The notes: generated by a model from the sequence alone, not told the origin. Positions 1-14,487 are shown, counted from the first letter of the stretch. The stretch: DNA of 64,000 nt from Octopus vulgaris (GCA_951406725.2 OX597823.1:65286001-65350000); one strand, 5' to 3'. A program made the numbers and translations.

Positions 1-209
1 TCAAACTCTCTGTGCCTGAGATGTATGTAACCGTGTTTTCGTTTCTTCTTCGTGCCTGGTGGGTGGGTGCAGGGTTGTGGCTCTATAGTATATCACATTT
101 GCTTTGTTGTGGGATTTTGTTTTTGTTGTGAGAATTGCATTATGTTATTGGATGGTGTCTGTGCTTCGAATATGTTGACTGCTACTTCTTTTAACGACCC
201 TGATTCGAT

Positions 210-351
210 ATCAGACTGGGCGGAATTTAAGCACACAATTTAAACGAATTAATGGCAAAGTCAGACTCAGCGGAATTTAAACGTAAAACGTAAAACCGGA
301 AAAATGACCAGAAGTATTTTGGTCCGGTGTGCTAACGGTTCTGCCAACTAG
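210..351 (-). mobile_element. Degenerate copy of SINE family A (head region)
   Basis: Reverse complement reads ctagttggcagaaccgttagcacaccggaccaaaatact...tttaaattccgctgagtctgactttgcc, matching the head of the intact copy at 22390-22622. Confidence 0.55.
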
Positions 352-554
352 TAGGTTCTGTACCCATATTAATAGCAATATGATTCCCTAAATATCCAAG
401 AGGTCGTTGTTCAGCCTTAATTACGAGCATTTCTTTTGATTTCTTGTTTACATATATTGTTTGGAAATACTCAAAATAGAAGGCATACAGTGTCTTATAG
501 TTTTGTTTTCTGTATAATATGTAGCATCCTGTGTCTTTATTTATGCATTGTCTT

Positions 555-948
555 TGTGGAGGCGCAATGGCCCAGTGATTAGGGCAGCGGACTCGCGGTC
601 GTAGGATCGCGGTTTCGATTCCCAGACCGTTTATGCGTTGTGAGTGTTTATTGAGCGAAAACACCTAAAGTTCCATGAGGCTCCGGCAGGGATGGTGGTG
701 ATCCCTGCTGTACTCTTTCACCACAACTTTCTCTCACTCTTACTTCCTGTTTCTGTTGTACCTGTATTTCAAAGGGCCGGCCTTGTCACTCTCTGTGTCA
801 CGCTGAATATCCCCGAGAACTACGTTAAGGGTACACGTGTCTGTGGAGTGCTCAGCCACTTACATGTTAATTTCACGAGCAGGCTGTTCTGTTGATTCGG
901 ATCAACCGGAACCCTCGTCGTCGTAACCGACGGTGTGCTTCCATTCCC
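555..948 (+). mobile_element. tRNA-derived SINE, family D, full length with TSD
   Basis: tRNA-like head with A box (TGGCCCAGTGATT) and B box (GGTTTCGATTCCC). A 12-bp TSD ATGCATTGTCTT lies at 543-554 and 949-960. A near-identical inverted copy is at 60582-60962. Confidence 0.88.
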
Positions 949-1599
949 ATGCATTGTCTTCACGCATGTTTAATTATTTCTAAAGTAGTTTTTAACATGC
1001 CTATTATTTCTGTTTTAAATGCTCAAAATCTTTTTTCTATTTCTAAATCTATGTGTTTCGATAGTTTCTACTCTGTCACTGAGTTATATTCTTATGTTTT
1101 GGAATTAATACTTCAATCAGTATATATTTCTTTCCCAGATGATCTCATCATCTGTACAGTATTCTTTTCTCTTCCTCACACTAAGAATTAGGCAAATCGC
1201 AGGAAATTAATTACATCTTCGTTCTTTAATATTTTCAAGTTTCTCTCTGTATCATTTTACGTCATCCATTATGGTTTAATTCGCATAATTTCATAATTAA
1301 CGACTTGCCCGTAATTAAACAAAATATCTATTTTTTTCTTTTCCGTTTAAGTTAGTGAATCAGTAAAACTGAATTGATTTAAATGTTACAAAACCTAACT
1401 GTTAGAGAAATCTATGAATGTAAATATTTTCAACGCTTTGGTAAGTGGAAAGTATATACACACATATATCCATACATGATATATATATATATATATATAT
1501 ATATATCTGTGTGTGTGTGTGTATGTGTGCGTGCATTTTCATCGGACTCTCTTTCTTGTGCAGGTAACATTAAGTACCTGTGTATGTTGTATACTATAT

Positions 1600-3700
1600 T
1601 TTGGTAAAAACTACACGGTCTGCAATGACTCGTTGCTTCCTCACAACACGTATATATTCTGCAAAGCTGATCTTTACGCTGCTTCTTTGTAATGTTTTTC
1701 TACTTTCCTGGAAATTTACATGTCGACGTTTTCACTCATTAGCACTTGGAAGGTTTACTTTTCTTGTTTATAATTTCATCATTTCTCCATTCTTCTTACG
1801 GTTTTAGTTACTTCAACGTTCTCTTGAAGAGAACATTTTTTGTTTCATATTAGTTCAATTTTCTCCTTTAATATTTACTTATGCACACTGAAAGGTGATG
1901 TTTTAGAATCGTTTTCCACTGTTGAAGAAACCAATTTCCCAATGCTTGCTTTAAATCTAAATTCAATCATTATTTTCTCCTTTTATTCTTATGATTTTTT
2001 GTAACTTTCTTAATTTTTATTGGTGAATATTTTAAGCCGTAACTTATTACTGGATTACCATTAATGTTTCTCCAGGCATTTAACTCAGTTTTAAGCATTA
2101 ATCTAATGCATTCATAATATTCCTTCCAATTGTTTTCTTTATATACATATTCTCGACTCTATTTCACTAATTCCTAACTATTTGTAAGCTTGCCTTCAGT
2201 CTATTTTTTCATTGTTGCTATGGATGAATTAATACTTCTGAGCATAAAAATAATTTTCTCTCTGCAATTGAAGGCGTGGAGAATTTTTCCTATCGAAATG
2301 TATGGGAATTTTCTTGATTAAGTTGTATAGTGTATAGCAGTATGACCAAGTATTTATCATCTATAATTTATAAGTTAATGTTATATACTGTAGCCGTTTC
2401 ACTGTCAGCCCTTAAACTCTCGATGTTATTTGTTATTATTCTCAGCTCATCCCAATTCAAACCAGCTTTTCATGAAAGGTATTAAAGGTTAAAACAAAAA
2501 CGTCCGTATATAACTCAAATTCGTTTCCTCCATTCCCCACTATCCCCCTTTGCGTTTGCTTCTGTAAAATTATTTTCAGTCTCTTCATAAGATGTTTTAT
2601 ACAACTGTTTATTATTTGTACATAACCTGAGGTCATTTACGCTTTTCATTATTTCGGAGTTGTTAAAATAGGATACCAATGAAGTATTGGTGTCGCTGGC
2701 AGCGACTAAAACTTCCTCAAGTTTTCTGGCATTGTGATTTAATCAGAAACCATTGTTTATCAGTTACTCACGGGGTATACTTACAGACTCTATTTGCATG
2801 GAACTCTTTTACTGCTAATTAATCTGTTTTCTTCCAAAAGTTTTCTGTGTAATTTGCGATAATATTATGGAAAAAGGCTTACGTAGGCTTCAGATATTAA
2901 CATTTTGCTGTTTCCTTTGTCTTGAGTTTTAAAATTAATTTTCTATTTATCAATCCGGTGTTCTTTTTCTGTTCTTTCGTTCGAATCTTTATTGTCATCA
3001 TCCGATCTTTGTTATAATGTTGTTTAAAATTAACATACATTTCAAAATCTAGACTATATTCAAATATGTTCCAGTCCTAATTTTCCCAATATTTGTCCAC
3101 TTTATCGAATATGCTCATATTATTCTTAGACACTAATGTTTAATGCAAGTTTCATTAAATTTCCCTTTATGGCAGGTCGACTACCCATCTTGAGACTCTG
3201 TACTATTTCCCTACTTTCGTTATTCCAAATAGGTATGTATAACTTTGTTGTTCTTTAGGGATGCTCAGCACTGCATATTTTAGAGTAGTGTCTGCATCAC
3301 TTTTTACACTGTCCTTAATCCCCAAGATTATTCTATCCTAAGCCATTTACTTTTAGCATCTTTGAAAGTGGTGTTCAATATCTTGTTTTGAGATATCTAA
3401 AAATCCCTTCTGTCGCCTCTGCTGCTGGTGTCTTATATTTTTATGCTATGTTTTTATCTAGTTATGAGTAAAATCTCTTCAAGTTTATGAGGAAATAATT
3501 TTCTTCAATCATCTATTGATTTTCCTAATACGAGACTCTTTCTGATTCTACAAATATGTATATATATTTCTATTGTTAGTGTTTCTATGTTTGAATTCTA
3601 TTTTTCGTCTGTAATATTTGTGTAAATTTCTTTTAATAATTGTACGTATTTTCCGTGTCTATCTCATTCCGAATTCAGAAAATTAAAATTTTTGATAATT
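1600..3700 (-). pseudogene. Heavily decayed coding-like tract, possibly ankyrin-repeat
   Basis: About 2 kb, microsatellite-poor and A-rich on the minus strand. Short frames such as EVLVAASDTN, INFKTQDKGNSKML and LNAWRNINGNPVISY loosely fit the ankyrin consensus; many stops. Boundaries approximate. Confidence 0.25.
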
Positions 3701-4558
3701 TTTCATAATGATTTTCACGTAGATTGATAGGTTGTACATGTTCAGATGTAAAGTATACTGAGGACATACACACTATCTAAACAGGGTGTTTAGCGTAGAT
3801 TAATAAGGTTTAGTAAGGTTATAGCGGTAATGAAAACTAGAATGCAGGGAGAGTGTATTATAAGCTCAGAAGTGGTGCTTAGAAAAGCCATAGCTACCGA
3901 ATCGCAGCGACATTTTACCACGAACAATTCTTCACCTGGATACATGAATGAAATGTTGATAGATCTAAAGCACGTGTTCTAAGACACGAAGGGATAAAAG
4001 CTGTTCAAATCGGCCCGACAGACGGAGGTACAACGTGGAAATAAAGCCCCAATTTTAGCCTTTGGTGGACTATAATAGAAGCATGTTACTCAGCACCAAG
4101 TAGACATGAGCGGCATCTGAGCAGCACTTTGCTCGGGACGAGCGACGAGCCGAAATTAAGGATGGATTTCATTGCTTACTGCTAGGGCCTATATAAACTG
4201 CCTTACTGGCTCAGAAATTCTTGGCAACACACATTTTCCTGACAAACCAATATTTTTTAATAAAAAAAATAGCATTGTATCCAAAACTTTACTGTTGTTA
4301 CGTTGAATATTTTCCAAATTAAAGGAAAATAAAGAAATGCATTACTGAAATATATGACAAAATGATTGTTGAAATTATTTTTATACTTGGGGATGATTAT
4401 ATTTTGCCAATTAAACACAACAACAACAATAATAATCATAATAACCATAAGCTGAAGTAAAGATCAAGCGTATAGTGTTTGTATTTAATTGGCAAAAGAT
4501 GACCATTCCCAAGAATAACAATATCTGTTTCAACACATGATTTCATATCAAGAATCTT

Positions 4559-4858
4559 TCAGAACAAATACATAAACGTAACAGTTGCTGAAATTACTAG
4601 AGTAAAAGGAAAATACGCTTCAGTTTGGGAATCTGACAGACTGAAAAATAGTTGATATGTTGTTGTAATATCATTATAAGAGTACAATATTAGGTTGTTT
4701 GAGCGGGACTTGCTTGGCATTATATTGATACACACGTTTCCAGTTTTAAAATGTATAAGATAGTACGAAGTATCAAGAGATAAATTTAAGCTAGTGTTGT
4801 AGATAGAATTTGACGTTACGCAACTCTGGGAAACGACTTTGAGAAAAGTCACACATGC
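4559..4858 (-). CDS. Candidate terminal exon of a secreted/GPI- or tail-anchored protein
   Basis: Non-repetitive ORF ACVTFLKVVSQSCVTSNSIYNTSLNLSLD...SDSQTEAYFPFTLVISATVTFMYLF* with N-glycosylation sequons (NTS, NLS) and a hydrophobic C-terminus. In-frame AG at 4860-4859, but the polypyrimidine tract is weak. Confidence 0.35.
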   Translation of the reverse strand, partial: ACVTFLKVVSQSCVTSNSIYNTSLNLSLDTSYYLIHFKTGNVCINIMPSKSRSNNLILYSYNDITTTYQLFFSLSDSQTEAYFPFTLVISATVTFMYLF

Positions 4859-5426
4859 CTTTCATATCAGGATTACATAAAATAATTTCAATACTGTGTG
4901 TAATAGCGCTTTTTTAAAACTTTTGTACTGTCATTACTTTTGGATACTTCACAATGTATAGTCCTAATCATTTTATCAACTTTTAATTATGAACTCCTAA
5001 TTTAACTTTGTATAATCAAAGGATGAAAGGAAATGTGCGTGATCAACGCGTTCCACCAAATTGTACAGCATAGTTCTAATTATTTAATCAATTCCTAATA
5101 ATAACTCACTCCACGTTGTAGACTCCTAATGATTCTATTCAATTTAGTGTAACAAAAGAAACATCAGTGAAAATTTGGATGAGTTTGTAACATTCATTCT
5201 GAGTAACAAATATATACTACATCAATGACCTTTAAGTTAGGAAGAAACTGACACGAATATCAACTAAAGTGATTCCAAAAGGATCTAGGAAACTCATCAG
5301 TTTAACATAAATAAATCTTGATGAAATATCATTACGGTGGTATCATTAATGAGACAAAGTCTGAATTTTTCCCTTATTTAAACAGTAGAGCGGGAAATCA
5401 TTCCATTGGTTTCAACATTAAATGAG

Positions 5427-5469
<43 letters not shown>

Positions 5470-6500
5470 CGTTTTTGAGTTTACGTCAAAATGTATGAGA
5501 TTTTTATGACATTTTACTGACAAGTCTGCGTATGATTGTTTTTTTAATTACTTAGGGGAAAAAAAACATCTGAGAGGTCATTAGTTCATATTCTGCCATT
5601 TACACTATAATTTACGCAAGCCAAAGTAGAGGAGCTCTGTCTATGTATGTTAGAAACATGGTGGGCTAGGTTTCTATGGACAAATTTAGGCGACCTCTGT
5701 AAGAAGTAGTATGGTGTACATCTAATATTATTTTCTTTTTGGTTGACGTTCAGCTCTCGTGGGAAAAATAAATAATAAAGTTCATAAAAAATGCTTTTAT
5801 TACTCTAAAAATTGAATTTCTTCTATTTCACTGATATTTTGCTAAATATTTTCACGGGAAAATAGTTTTGTCATATCCATAAAAACATTTAATCTCATCG
5901 TTAAAATCATATCCTCATTGCCTAAACTTATTTCTTAACCTTTTATCCTGAAAGTTGAGCAATTGGAAGCCTGTAGATTGTACACATAAATAGACGGTAT
6001 TTGAATTTCATTAACATTTCGGTTGAATTCAGTATGTTTCGTAATTAAAAAAGAACGTGAACATGCTGCAGCTATTAAACGTTTTATAGTTATTCTGCCA
6101 CCTAACAATCAAGACAAGACGTGCTTGTAAAAATTTGTATTCATGTCTATGGAAAAGGTCCATAAAATTGGAGAGCGTCTTTTTTTGTGCTAAGTAATTT
6201 GATTTATTTTAGGTGTCATTCTACTTAAGATACTTTTTTATGTTTATATTAATGTTTTCAAATTATCGTAATGAAATGTGAGTTAGTTCTATATCGTTGA
6301 GCTCTTTTCTTTGCTAAAAAATTGCTCGAAAATATATTCAAGACATATCTACAAAGTATTCCATCTGACCACTCGCGCGCCCACACACACACACGCGCAC
6401 AAACACGCACATATTCACAGGCACGTGCTTGCGTGCATAACACATGCACACACATACACAAACATACATATATCTTGTAGGAAACAGCTGATTTACTGAA

Positions 6501-6590
6501 TCATTTCTTTAAGCGTCATTCTTTTAAGAGTTATTCCTCTATGAGTCATTCCTTTAAGAGTCATTTCTTTATGAGTTATTCTTTTAAGAG
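6501..6590. repeat. 15-bp minisatellite, 6 copies
   Basis: Units tcatttctttaagcg / tcattcttttaagag / ttattcctctatgag / tcattcctttaagag / tcatttctttatgag / ttattcttttaagag, with no spacers. Confidence 0.9.
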
Positions 6591-6599
6591 TATATATCA

Positions 6600-7860
6600 A
6601 GTTTTGAGGAAGTTTGACTTCTAACATTTAATACTCGACAAATGCACAGCATAAACCTTGCCTTCTCATCAAAATCACTTGGCCTTATTTTCTTTAATTT
6701 CCTCTAAATTAGCTTTACTTTTAATTAAAACACGAGGTTAAATTTTGACGTGAAGTCAGAGGCTTAATTTAGTTACGAAATTAATGGTAAGTACTACTTG
6801 TTTCATAATCTTCTCTAATTCATAAAGACGATTGCATAAATCACAATGCTAGGAATGATATTAATAAATTCTAAAAGAAATTACTCATTTAATTCCTATA
6901 ATCTCATTAAGAAATTAATCGTATTAAGTTTATTCCATCCAATTCCAATACCTGATATCCATTCTGTCAGTTAGTTGTAGAATTTTCTGTAAGTTTTGCA
7001 CAGTAGCCAGAACTGTGTTTCGTTAATGGCTTTTCGAGAAGCTCCTGCGTCTATATTTTAATAGGTTATATAAAGTAACATAGTTTCATAGAAAGTTAAA
7101 TGTGTTTATATAAAGTTATTTCACAGATGTACGTTGCAACTGGCTGTAGTTATAGAATCATTTATCAAATAAGGATTAATGGTTTAGACTGTGGCAACAG
7201 AATCGCAACGTGCTTCTAAATACAATACATTTATATTTTTCATTATCCCAGCCAAGATAAAAAGAAATTATGGAACGGTGATGCTCTTACATACGGAAAC
7301 GTCCACATATAAAGTCAGAATGCCATCTGATTTATTTCTAAAAATTGATGCACTTACTCACTTTAGCCTTGGTCTCCCTGAGATGCTATCATTTTATCAT
7401 TCTTGTTATAATCTTTCAAAGGCATCTGTATTTCTGAAACCTCTTGACGCATATCGCTTCATCCCATATCTAACCTAAATGCATGACTCCAGTCTTCGTA
7501 TCTATCCTTCATTTTATCAAGTCTGGAATACCGCCTTAAATATAAAAAACAATTATCTGTATTTCACTGAACTGCAATACTCTAGAACTTTTTCGACGTC
7601 TACGGTTTTCATGCAGGCAACGACCTTTAAATGTTTAAACGGAATATCAACCTCATCGATCTAACTTGCCTGGGAATATGAAGCAATAACACATTGTGTT
7701 ACATCTTTCGTAGGATAAATCATCAATTTTAGATAAACCATTTCAGGTAACCACGAGAATTCTCAAACTGAAACGATGGAATCCGTAGAAATTTGTCATG
7801 GCATGCATTGCAAGCCACATACACAAACCAATTGCACTTTCTTGAGTTTCTTTATTCTAT
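6600..7860 (-). pseudogene. Decayed ankyrin-repeat-like tract
   Basis: Minus-strand peptides LYLEARCDS (~7200), ITTASCNVHL (~7140), IDAGAS (~7045) and YVACNACH (~7810) resemble the ankyrin LLxAGCDVN and LxxAxxxGH motifs; interrupted by stops and frameshifts. Confidence 0.3.
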
Positions 7861-8994
7861 TTTCCATAAAAGAACTTTATAATATGAAAATGTACATTAA
7901 ATAAGTATATAATATAGAACCAATGGGAATGCTTAAAGGATTATCTCATTTATATTACTATACAAGTATATAACGTTGAAAAAAATCGCTATGGATTTGT
8001 GCTCATCCCCATTCCATCTGCATATATTTATTCCTTCCGCATGTCTCATTCCAGAATTATTGAGCCAGTTGGTCTGATAAAAAATAACTCCCATTAAATA
8101 TTAGTTGCAAACTTTTGTGCACCCTCATATATGTGTGTGTTTGTGTGTGTCTATGTGTGTGTTGTGTGTGTGCATATGTATATATATATGTAGGTATGTC
8201 ATATGAATATTGCTTATCATCAAATTTGTATGCCATTCATTCACTAATATATACAGTTATATATACCTTTATAAGCGCCCTTGATTCATGAGTGGGCTTG
8301 GCTTCCATTTCGACAAACTTTACGGGCTATAGCCATTAAACTTGAAAAACGTACTCCGTCACACTCTGCTTTCAATTAAAGCATATTGAGGGCATTTACA
8401 TCCATAACGCCATGTTGCGGTACACATCAATCTTATCAGGAAATGACCAAAGGCATTATATTTTTCGACTTCAGAGAGTCCGGACGAAAATTTCTTTACC
8501 TAAACTTAGGTGTCAAACATTTCAATGTTTGACTTTTGATATTTGTCCTTTTGGCCGCTAAAATATGTGCGTAAACCAAGGTTCATATCCCTATGCACAT
8601 ACGTTATAGAAAGCATTATAAAATAAACATTCTTTAAAAAAATAAAAGAGAATTATTTTGAAAATTTACCGAAGTTGGGACTCCGAGAAAACAGTGACAC
8701 TCACAGAATCACTATGATGAATATTGAAACTTGTTCTAATGCTTAAGAATTCGATTTACAAAGACAGGACGTATCACTCAGCTAGATTACTCAGTATTGT
8801 TTATCATGAGATAATAGCAAATATATTCCTGAATCAAAAGCATTTGTTAGATGCCAGCAATTGTTGAATGTAGATAACGGATTTTTTTTTCTCCCATTAA
8901 TTTCTTCTTTCTTCATATACGTACAGATGATATCTTTCTTTTTGTCTATCTCTCTTTCTATCTATTTATCTAACTATTTATATGCATCAATATA

Positions 8995-9039
8995 TGCATA
9001 AATACATACACATATAGGCATATATATGTATATACAGAG

Positions 9040-9130
<91 letters not shown>

Positions 9131-9413
9131 TGTGTGTGTGTTGGAACAATGACACTCGAAGCATGTACATTTTTGAATACTATCGTATGAATACGACGTC
9201 AACACCTTACACGCCTCACACACACGCATATTTATATTTGCATATATGTATGTATTTATGTATTTATGTAATATAAACACGAATTACTACAAGTCCTATT
9301 TAGATTTTATAAAAGGTATAATTGATTTCTTAATTTGAAAGTATTTCTGCACATAGTTTTAAATTATTTTGCACATTTGTTTGGTTTTACTTACGGCAGT
9401 CTCAAACAAAGTA

Positions 9414-9487
<74 letters not shown>

Positions 9488-9530
9488 ACATATATATACA
9501 TACAAACGCACATACATATATACACATATA
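8995..9530. repeat. (TA)n/(CA)n/(TATG)n microsatellite cluster
   Basis: Long dinucleotide runs; source of several YIYI ORFs in the track. Confidence 0.95.
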
Positions 9531-9730
9531 CAACCATTTTCAATGAAAATTACTTTCATTTACTTCCTTGTTTCCCCCCCTCCATTAAATATTCGCATAT
9601 GAAAAACTTTAATTGATTCATCTCATTCACATCACATATTTTTACAAAATTTCAATATGACTGAAAGAGCAAGACGAAGATAAAATCTGAGCGAGTTTGA
9701 GAAATTTAAAGAAAGGAACAAGAGACGGAA

Positions 9731-9761
<31 letters not shown>

Positions 9762-10958
9762 AAGTAATTAAGGAGAAAGAAGCCTAATTATAAAAACCAT
9801 TTATGAATAAAGTATTTGTCATGTTTACCTGTTTTGTTATCTAAGCAGGACATAAGCTTCTCAAATACGAATGCCGTTTGCTAAAATATTTTAACTTTCA
9901 ACAATATATTAATCTCGCTTGCAATGTTAGTGTTGTTTTTTTTTTTTCGAATTTAAATTTTATTGTTATTTTGCTGATTTTTTTTTCACATTACATTTAG
10001 TTGTTTCCCTTTGTTTCGCTCTAATTCCATCGTCGCAATCTATTGCTTTGCAATTTTATTGAAACTATTATTACTTCAACTAAGTGTAATTCCAAATTTA
10101 AAAGTCTGTTTTATTGATTCTCGAAACCATTGTAACTGTGAGTGTCTGGTATGTTCATAAAAGATGTTTGTAATAAACGAACTTTTTGATATTAACCCTT
10201 GCTAGACCTAATACGTTAGACATTAGATAGGTCAATAATGGCTGAAAATTCATACAACGTATCTAGGGTAACCGAAACAGGAAAAAATCAATTAATAATG
10301 ATCACAATATTGTTGTTTTTGTCGTTGTTATTACTGGAGCTTATTACTCTTAATGGGCAGATGTAACGCTGGTCTATAATGGAAGCATTTCAACCGTGAT
10401 CAAATAACTCCTATCTTTGGACTGTCTACATCAAATTATATTACCTCCGTGTCATTTTATATAACGGCTGTGTGTGATTAGAAGAATATTAGCTGTTATT
10501 TCCCACAGCTTCAACGGCTATGTTAGTGTTGAAGGCTGTTATTGAGGCATTGATTTGGTTTGGCTCTATTTCATACCAAGACTAACAATTAGTTATTTTA
10601 ATAACTCATGGATTTTTGCAAAATTCATTTCAAGACATCGCAGTTTCCGGTTGATAATCACATATATTGTGTACCAAATTCAACAGTATTTTCATTTAAA
10701 ATGTTATTTAAAAATGATATTGATGGCACGCTTATATATAACTAGTTTACATATACATACATACATACATACATACATACATACATACATACATACATAC
10801 ATACATACATACATACATACACACATATATATATATATCAACACATATATACATAATATATGTATATATGCATAAGTACATACATATATGATATAAATAT
10901 ATGTAAATATAAACGTACATATATTTTTACATATAAACCATCAAATATCAGCAGATAT

Positions 10959-11828
10959 AAGAGGTGAATATTCAAAGTCTGATGAATACGTATCCGGACT
11001 GTAGCCATAGTAATGAAGCTAAGGCAAAGATTGACCGTGAACGCTGGTGTTCATGCTCACAAAGGTTTTACATTCTAGCACATTTACGCTGTTTACAGCA
11101 AAGCTTGGAAGGAAGGTGTGTAACGTGTGATCGTCGCAATGACCATGGTAGAGAAAGTTGTCATGGTGATACCTCATCAGAGGCCTACGCAAATTTGCAG
11201 AAATTGTATACGCTGCACGCAACTGTATGAGTGGTTCAGACATTACCAAGATGGCCGAAAAATGTCGATATTGAACGTTCTGGAAAATCCGCAACCAACG
11301 GAATTGAAAAGAATATCGCGGGTATGTGCGCAGCTGTGAGGGAAGATCGTCGAATCACAATCCGTGAGTAATCAGGGGGGTATGCTGATTAGTTACGGTT
11401 CAGTTCAGTCCATTATCAGTGAAGGTTTGTATATGAGACGTGTGTCTATCAAGTTTGTGCCAAAACTGCATTCAGCTGACCGAAAAGACACTCGGGTTTC
11501 AGTTGCACAGCATCTCCTTGACTGTGTCAAGAGCCATGAAAACATTTTGAAAATTTTGCGTAGGCTGCTGAGCAGGTATTGCCAAGCTTTTAGCAAAATT
11601 TGATGCAGATTCTCTGCTCAACATTCTGTCATTGTCAGTGCGACGATGACACGCCACACACCTTCCTTCCAAGCACTGCTGGAAACAGCGGAAGTAAACT
11701 AGAGCCTTAAGACTTAGTGCACATGCACAGCAGAGTTCAAGAGGTCAACCTTTGCCAAGCGGTTTTACTCTGCGTGATATAGCTTTGTTACTATGGTAAC
11801 AGTCCTGATACTTATTGATCAGACCACA
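10959..11828 (+). mobile_element. Non-autonomous mariner deletion derivative with long TIRs
   Basis: Inverted repeats of about 200 bp (gtctgatgaatacgtatccggactgtagccatagtaa... versus ...ttactatggtaacagtcctgatacttattgatcagacc). The internal transposase N-terminus reads LYEWFRHYQDGR...EDRRITIRE...SYGSVQSII...RRVSIKFVPKL (WVPHEL-like); the catalytic domain is deleted. Confidence 0.85.
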
Positions 11829-11895
11829 TATTTGTTTAACTTGATATGTGATAATAAGTTCAGTGTATAATAAATTATCTTTACATGTATGACTT

Positions 11896-11953
<58 letters not shown>

Positions 11954-12770
11954 TATATGTGTGTGTTGATTTCTAAAACGAATTAAAATTCTTGAAATCG
12001 TGCATGGTGTGTAAAGAGTGTCTCCCCTCGGAGGGACAGTGACATAACGTACCGTGTTTTAAATATCTGGTATACCTAATAGCGTCCCAGAGCTGAATCT
12101 AGCTGATTTCTCGTAGAAAGTATACACGTAAAGAAAAGCATAGTTTTATAGTACTCCTATCCTACCTTTTATTTGCTTTGCCCACTTCTCATAAAACTAC
12201 TCGGGAAGACACGTATGAGTTTTCTCATGTAGACGTTATTTCGCATACACGAATAAAACACCCGGTTTTAATGTTTAGGCCAACAGAGCGCACTAATTGT
12301 TCCGAACATATTAACATATACACAGAATCTGATATTTGGGGAAAGCTAATAGCCTGTACTTGGTGAGTGATTTATGTTGTAGCCACTAAACTCATGTAAG
12401 GCAAAGTTAGGATTTGAAACTAGAACGTAAGCGATTAGAAAATGGACAAGTCTTCTGATGTGATAAGGATCCTAATTAATGGTTTCTAACATAGATTAAA
12501 TGATTGGAATTTGGGGCGCAGGTGATAGTCGAATAAAGCACTCTGGTATTTACTAGTACGCCATTTTACTGATTTGTGAGTGATGAGATGTATAGGTAAC
12601 CTTGGCGAGATTCGAACTTGTTACTAAATGTTGTTCTCTAGTTTGTCAAATGCCCTTATGCTTTAGACAGAATGCAAAGACCGTATAACACAAAATATCT
12701 GAAGTTTGCACAGGATCTGAGTAAGTTTCCCACTTCAACCTTGCCTAATAAATCAAAGAGATGTACCAAA

Positions 12771-13097
12771 GGCGCATGGCACAGTAGTTAGAGCGTCGGG
12801 ATCAAAATCATGAAGTAATAAGTTCGAATCCCGGACCGGGCTGTGTGTTGTGTCACTTATTCCTCGTTGCTCCAGTTCACTCAGCTGTAGAAATGAGCTG
12901 TGACGTCATTGGTGCCAAGTTGTATTGGCCTTTGCTTTGATAACATCAGTGGCGTGGAGAGGGGGTGGCTGGTATACATGGGCAACTGCTGGTCTTCCAT
13001 AAAATAAACTTGCCCGGATTTGTGCCAGGGAGGGGAACTTTCTAGGTGCAATCCCATGACCATTCATGACCAAAAGGGTGTCTTTACCCTTTTTTTT
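12771..13097 (+). mobile_element. tRNA-derived SINE, family B
   Basis: Head ggcgcatggcacagtagttagagcg...gttcgaatcccgg (A and B boxes) and central ctccagttcactcagctgtagaaatgag. Second copy at 47330-47660. Confidence 0.8.
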
Positions 13098-14113
13098 ATA
13101 CCAGTGACATCAACTGACTCCTTAAATTGACTACGTACGTTCCACGCAATGGTAGAACTATATATTATTTATATTACTAAGTGTAATACATTTAACAGCA
13201 TAGCATAGCCATAAACTCTGGCTGTAAGTTTTTCCTAAAACAGAGACCAGTATCACATATCTACGTATGTCTCTTACCACTTTACGATTGTTTATTCAGA
13301 GAAATTTATTAAGTGCTAAGAACGGATTATTGCGAATCGATGACGAAGCTTAGAATCTGAGTGGTCCGAGATTACACTGATGGTTGAATTCAGATGAACA
13401 AAATATATAGATATAAATCAAAGTGACACTCAAAGATGAGGGATGTATTTTCTATGTATTGAGGCGTTTTCTTTTTTCCAGAGTTTTCTTTTTTCTATTG
13501 TAAGACATAGTCTGTATGTCTGCATTGTTGCAATGATTTATTGGCATGAATCAATATTTTATGTTTTTTGTATTTTCATTATTATTAAAGTTTTATTGTT
13601 ATTTATGATATCATGGCATTAATATATTGATTTTTTTTACCCAATAAACAAACTAGCATAGAAATACATTCGGATGTATGACTTCTTTATAGATACGTAT
13701 ATATATATATATATATATATACATACACACACATATATATATAAATACATACATATATATATATGTGTGTGTGTATGTGTATGTGTACCTGTACATGCAT
13801 GTATATATTTGTATATATATGTATATGCATATACGCTTAGTCAGTTTATTTACATAGTTAATATTTGTATTCACACGTAAATGTATCACTTATATAAGAA
13901 ATCTAAAAACACCCCCACACACACACGCACATGTATATATATATATACACACTCACATACATATACATTTCAGATGTTGATACTATATTGATAATCATTT
14001 AAATATCCATATTCAAGGAAGTATGTATTTTTGTTTGTTATAAGTTAATATATATATATGTATATATATATATATAAACATTATATAATATTATACATTA
14101 TACTATATTATAC

Positions 14114-14156
<43 letters not shown>

Positions 14157-14487
14157 ATGTGTGTGTGTGTATAGATACTTATTCGCATATATGAAAATGT
14201 AAGTTATAAGTCTGAGAACGTGACGATTAAGATGTAAGATCAAATGACAAGCAGAAAATAAATTGAAAAAGTTATTCAAAAATTGTTAAATGAAAATAAA
14301 AGTATGATATAAATTCTAAAAAGATTATATTAATCTCAAAAGCCCAAATATTGATTCAGTAAGTTCCTGTAAACTGGTGAGAATTTATTTTCGGTATGCC
14401 AAATTTACCCAAGAGATAATGTAGACATACATATACATGGTTACACACACGCATGCACGCACAGGCACAGGCACACACACACAGACA

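Noticed and set aside
558-630. tRNA gene-like sequence (also 12771, 47330, 15970-16044)
   Set aside because: No proper acceptor stem or terminator; each continues into a repeated SINE body, some with TSDs.
6501-6590. Regular short repeats suggesting CRISPR
   Set aside because: Contiguous units with no spacers, eukaryotic context and no cas genes.
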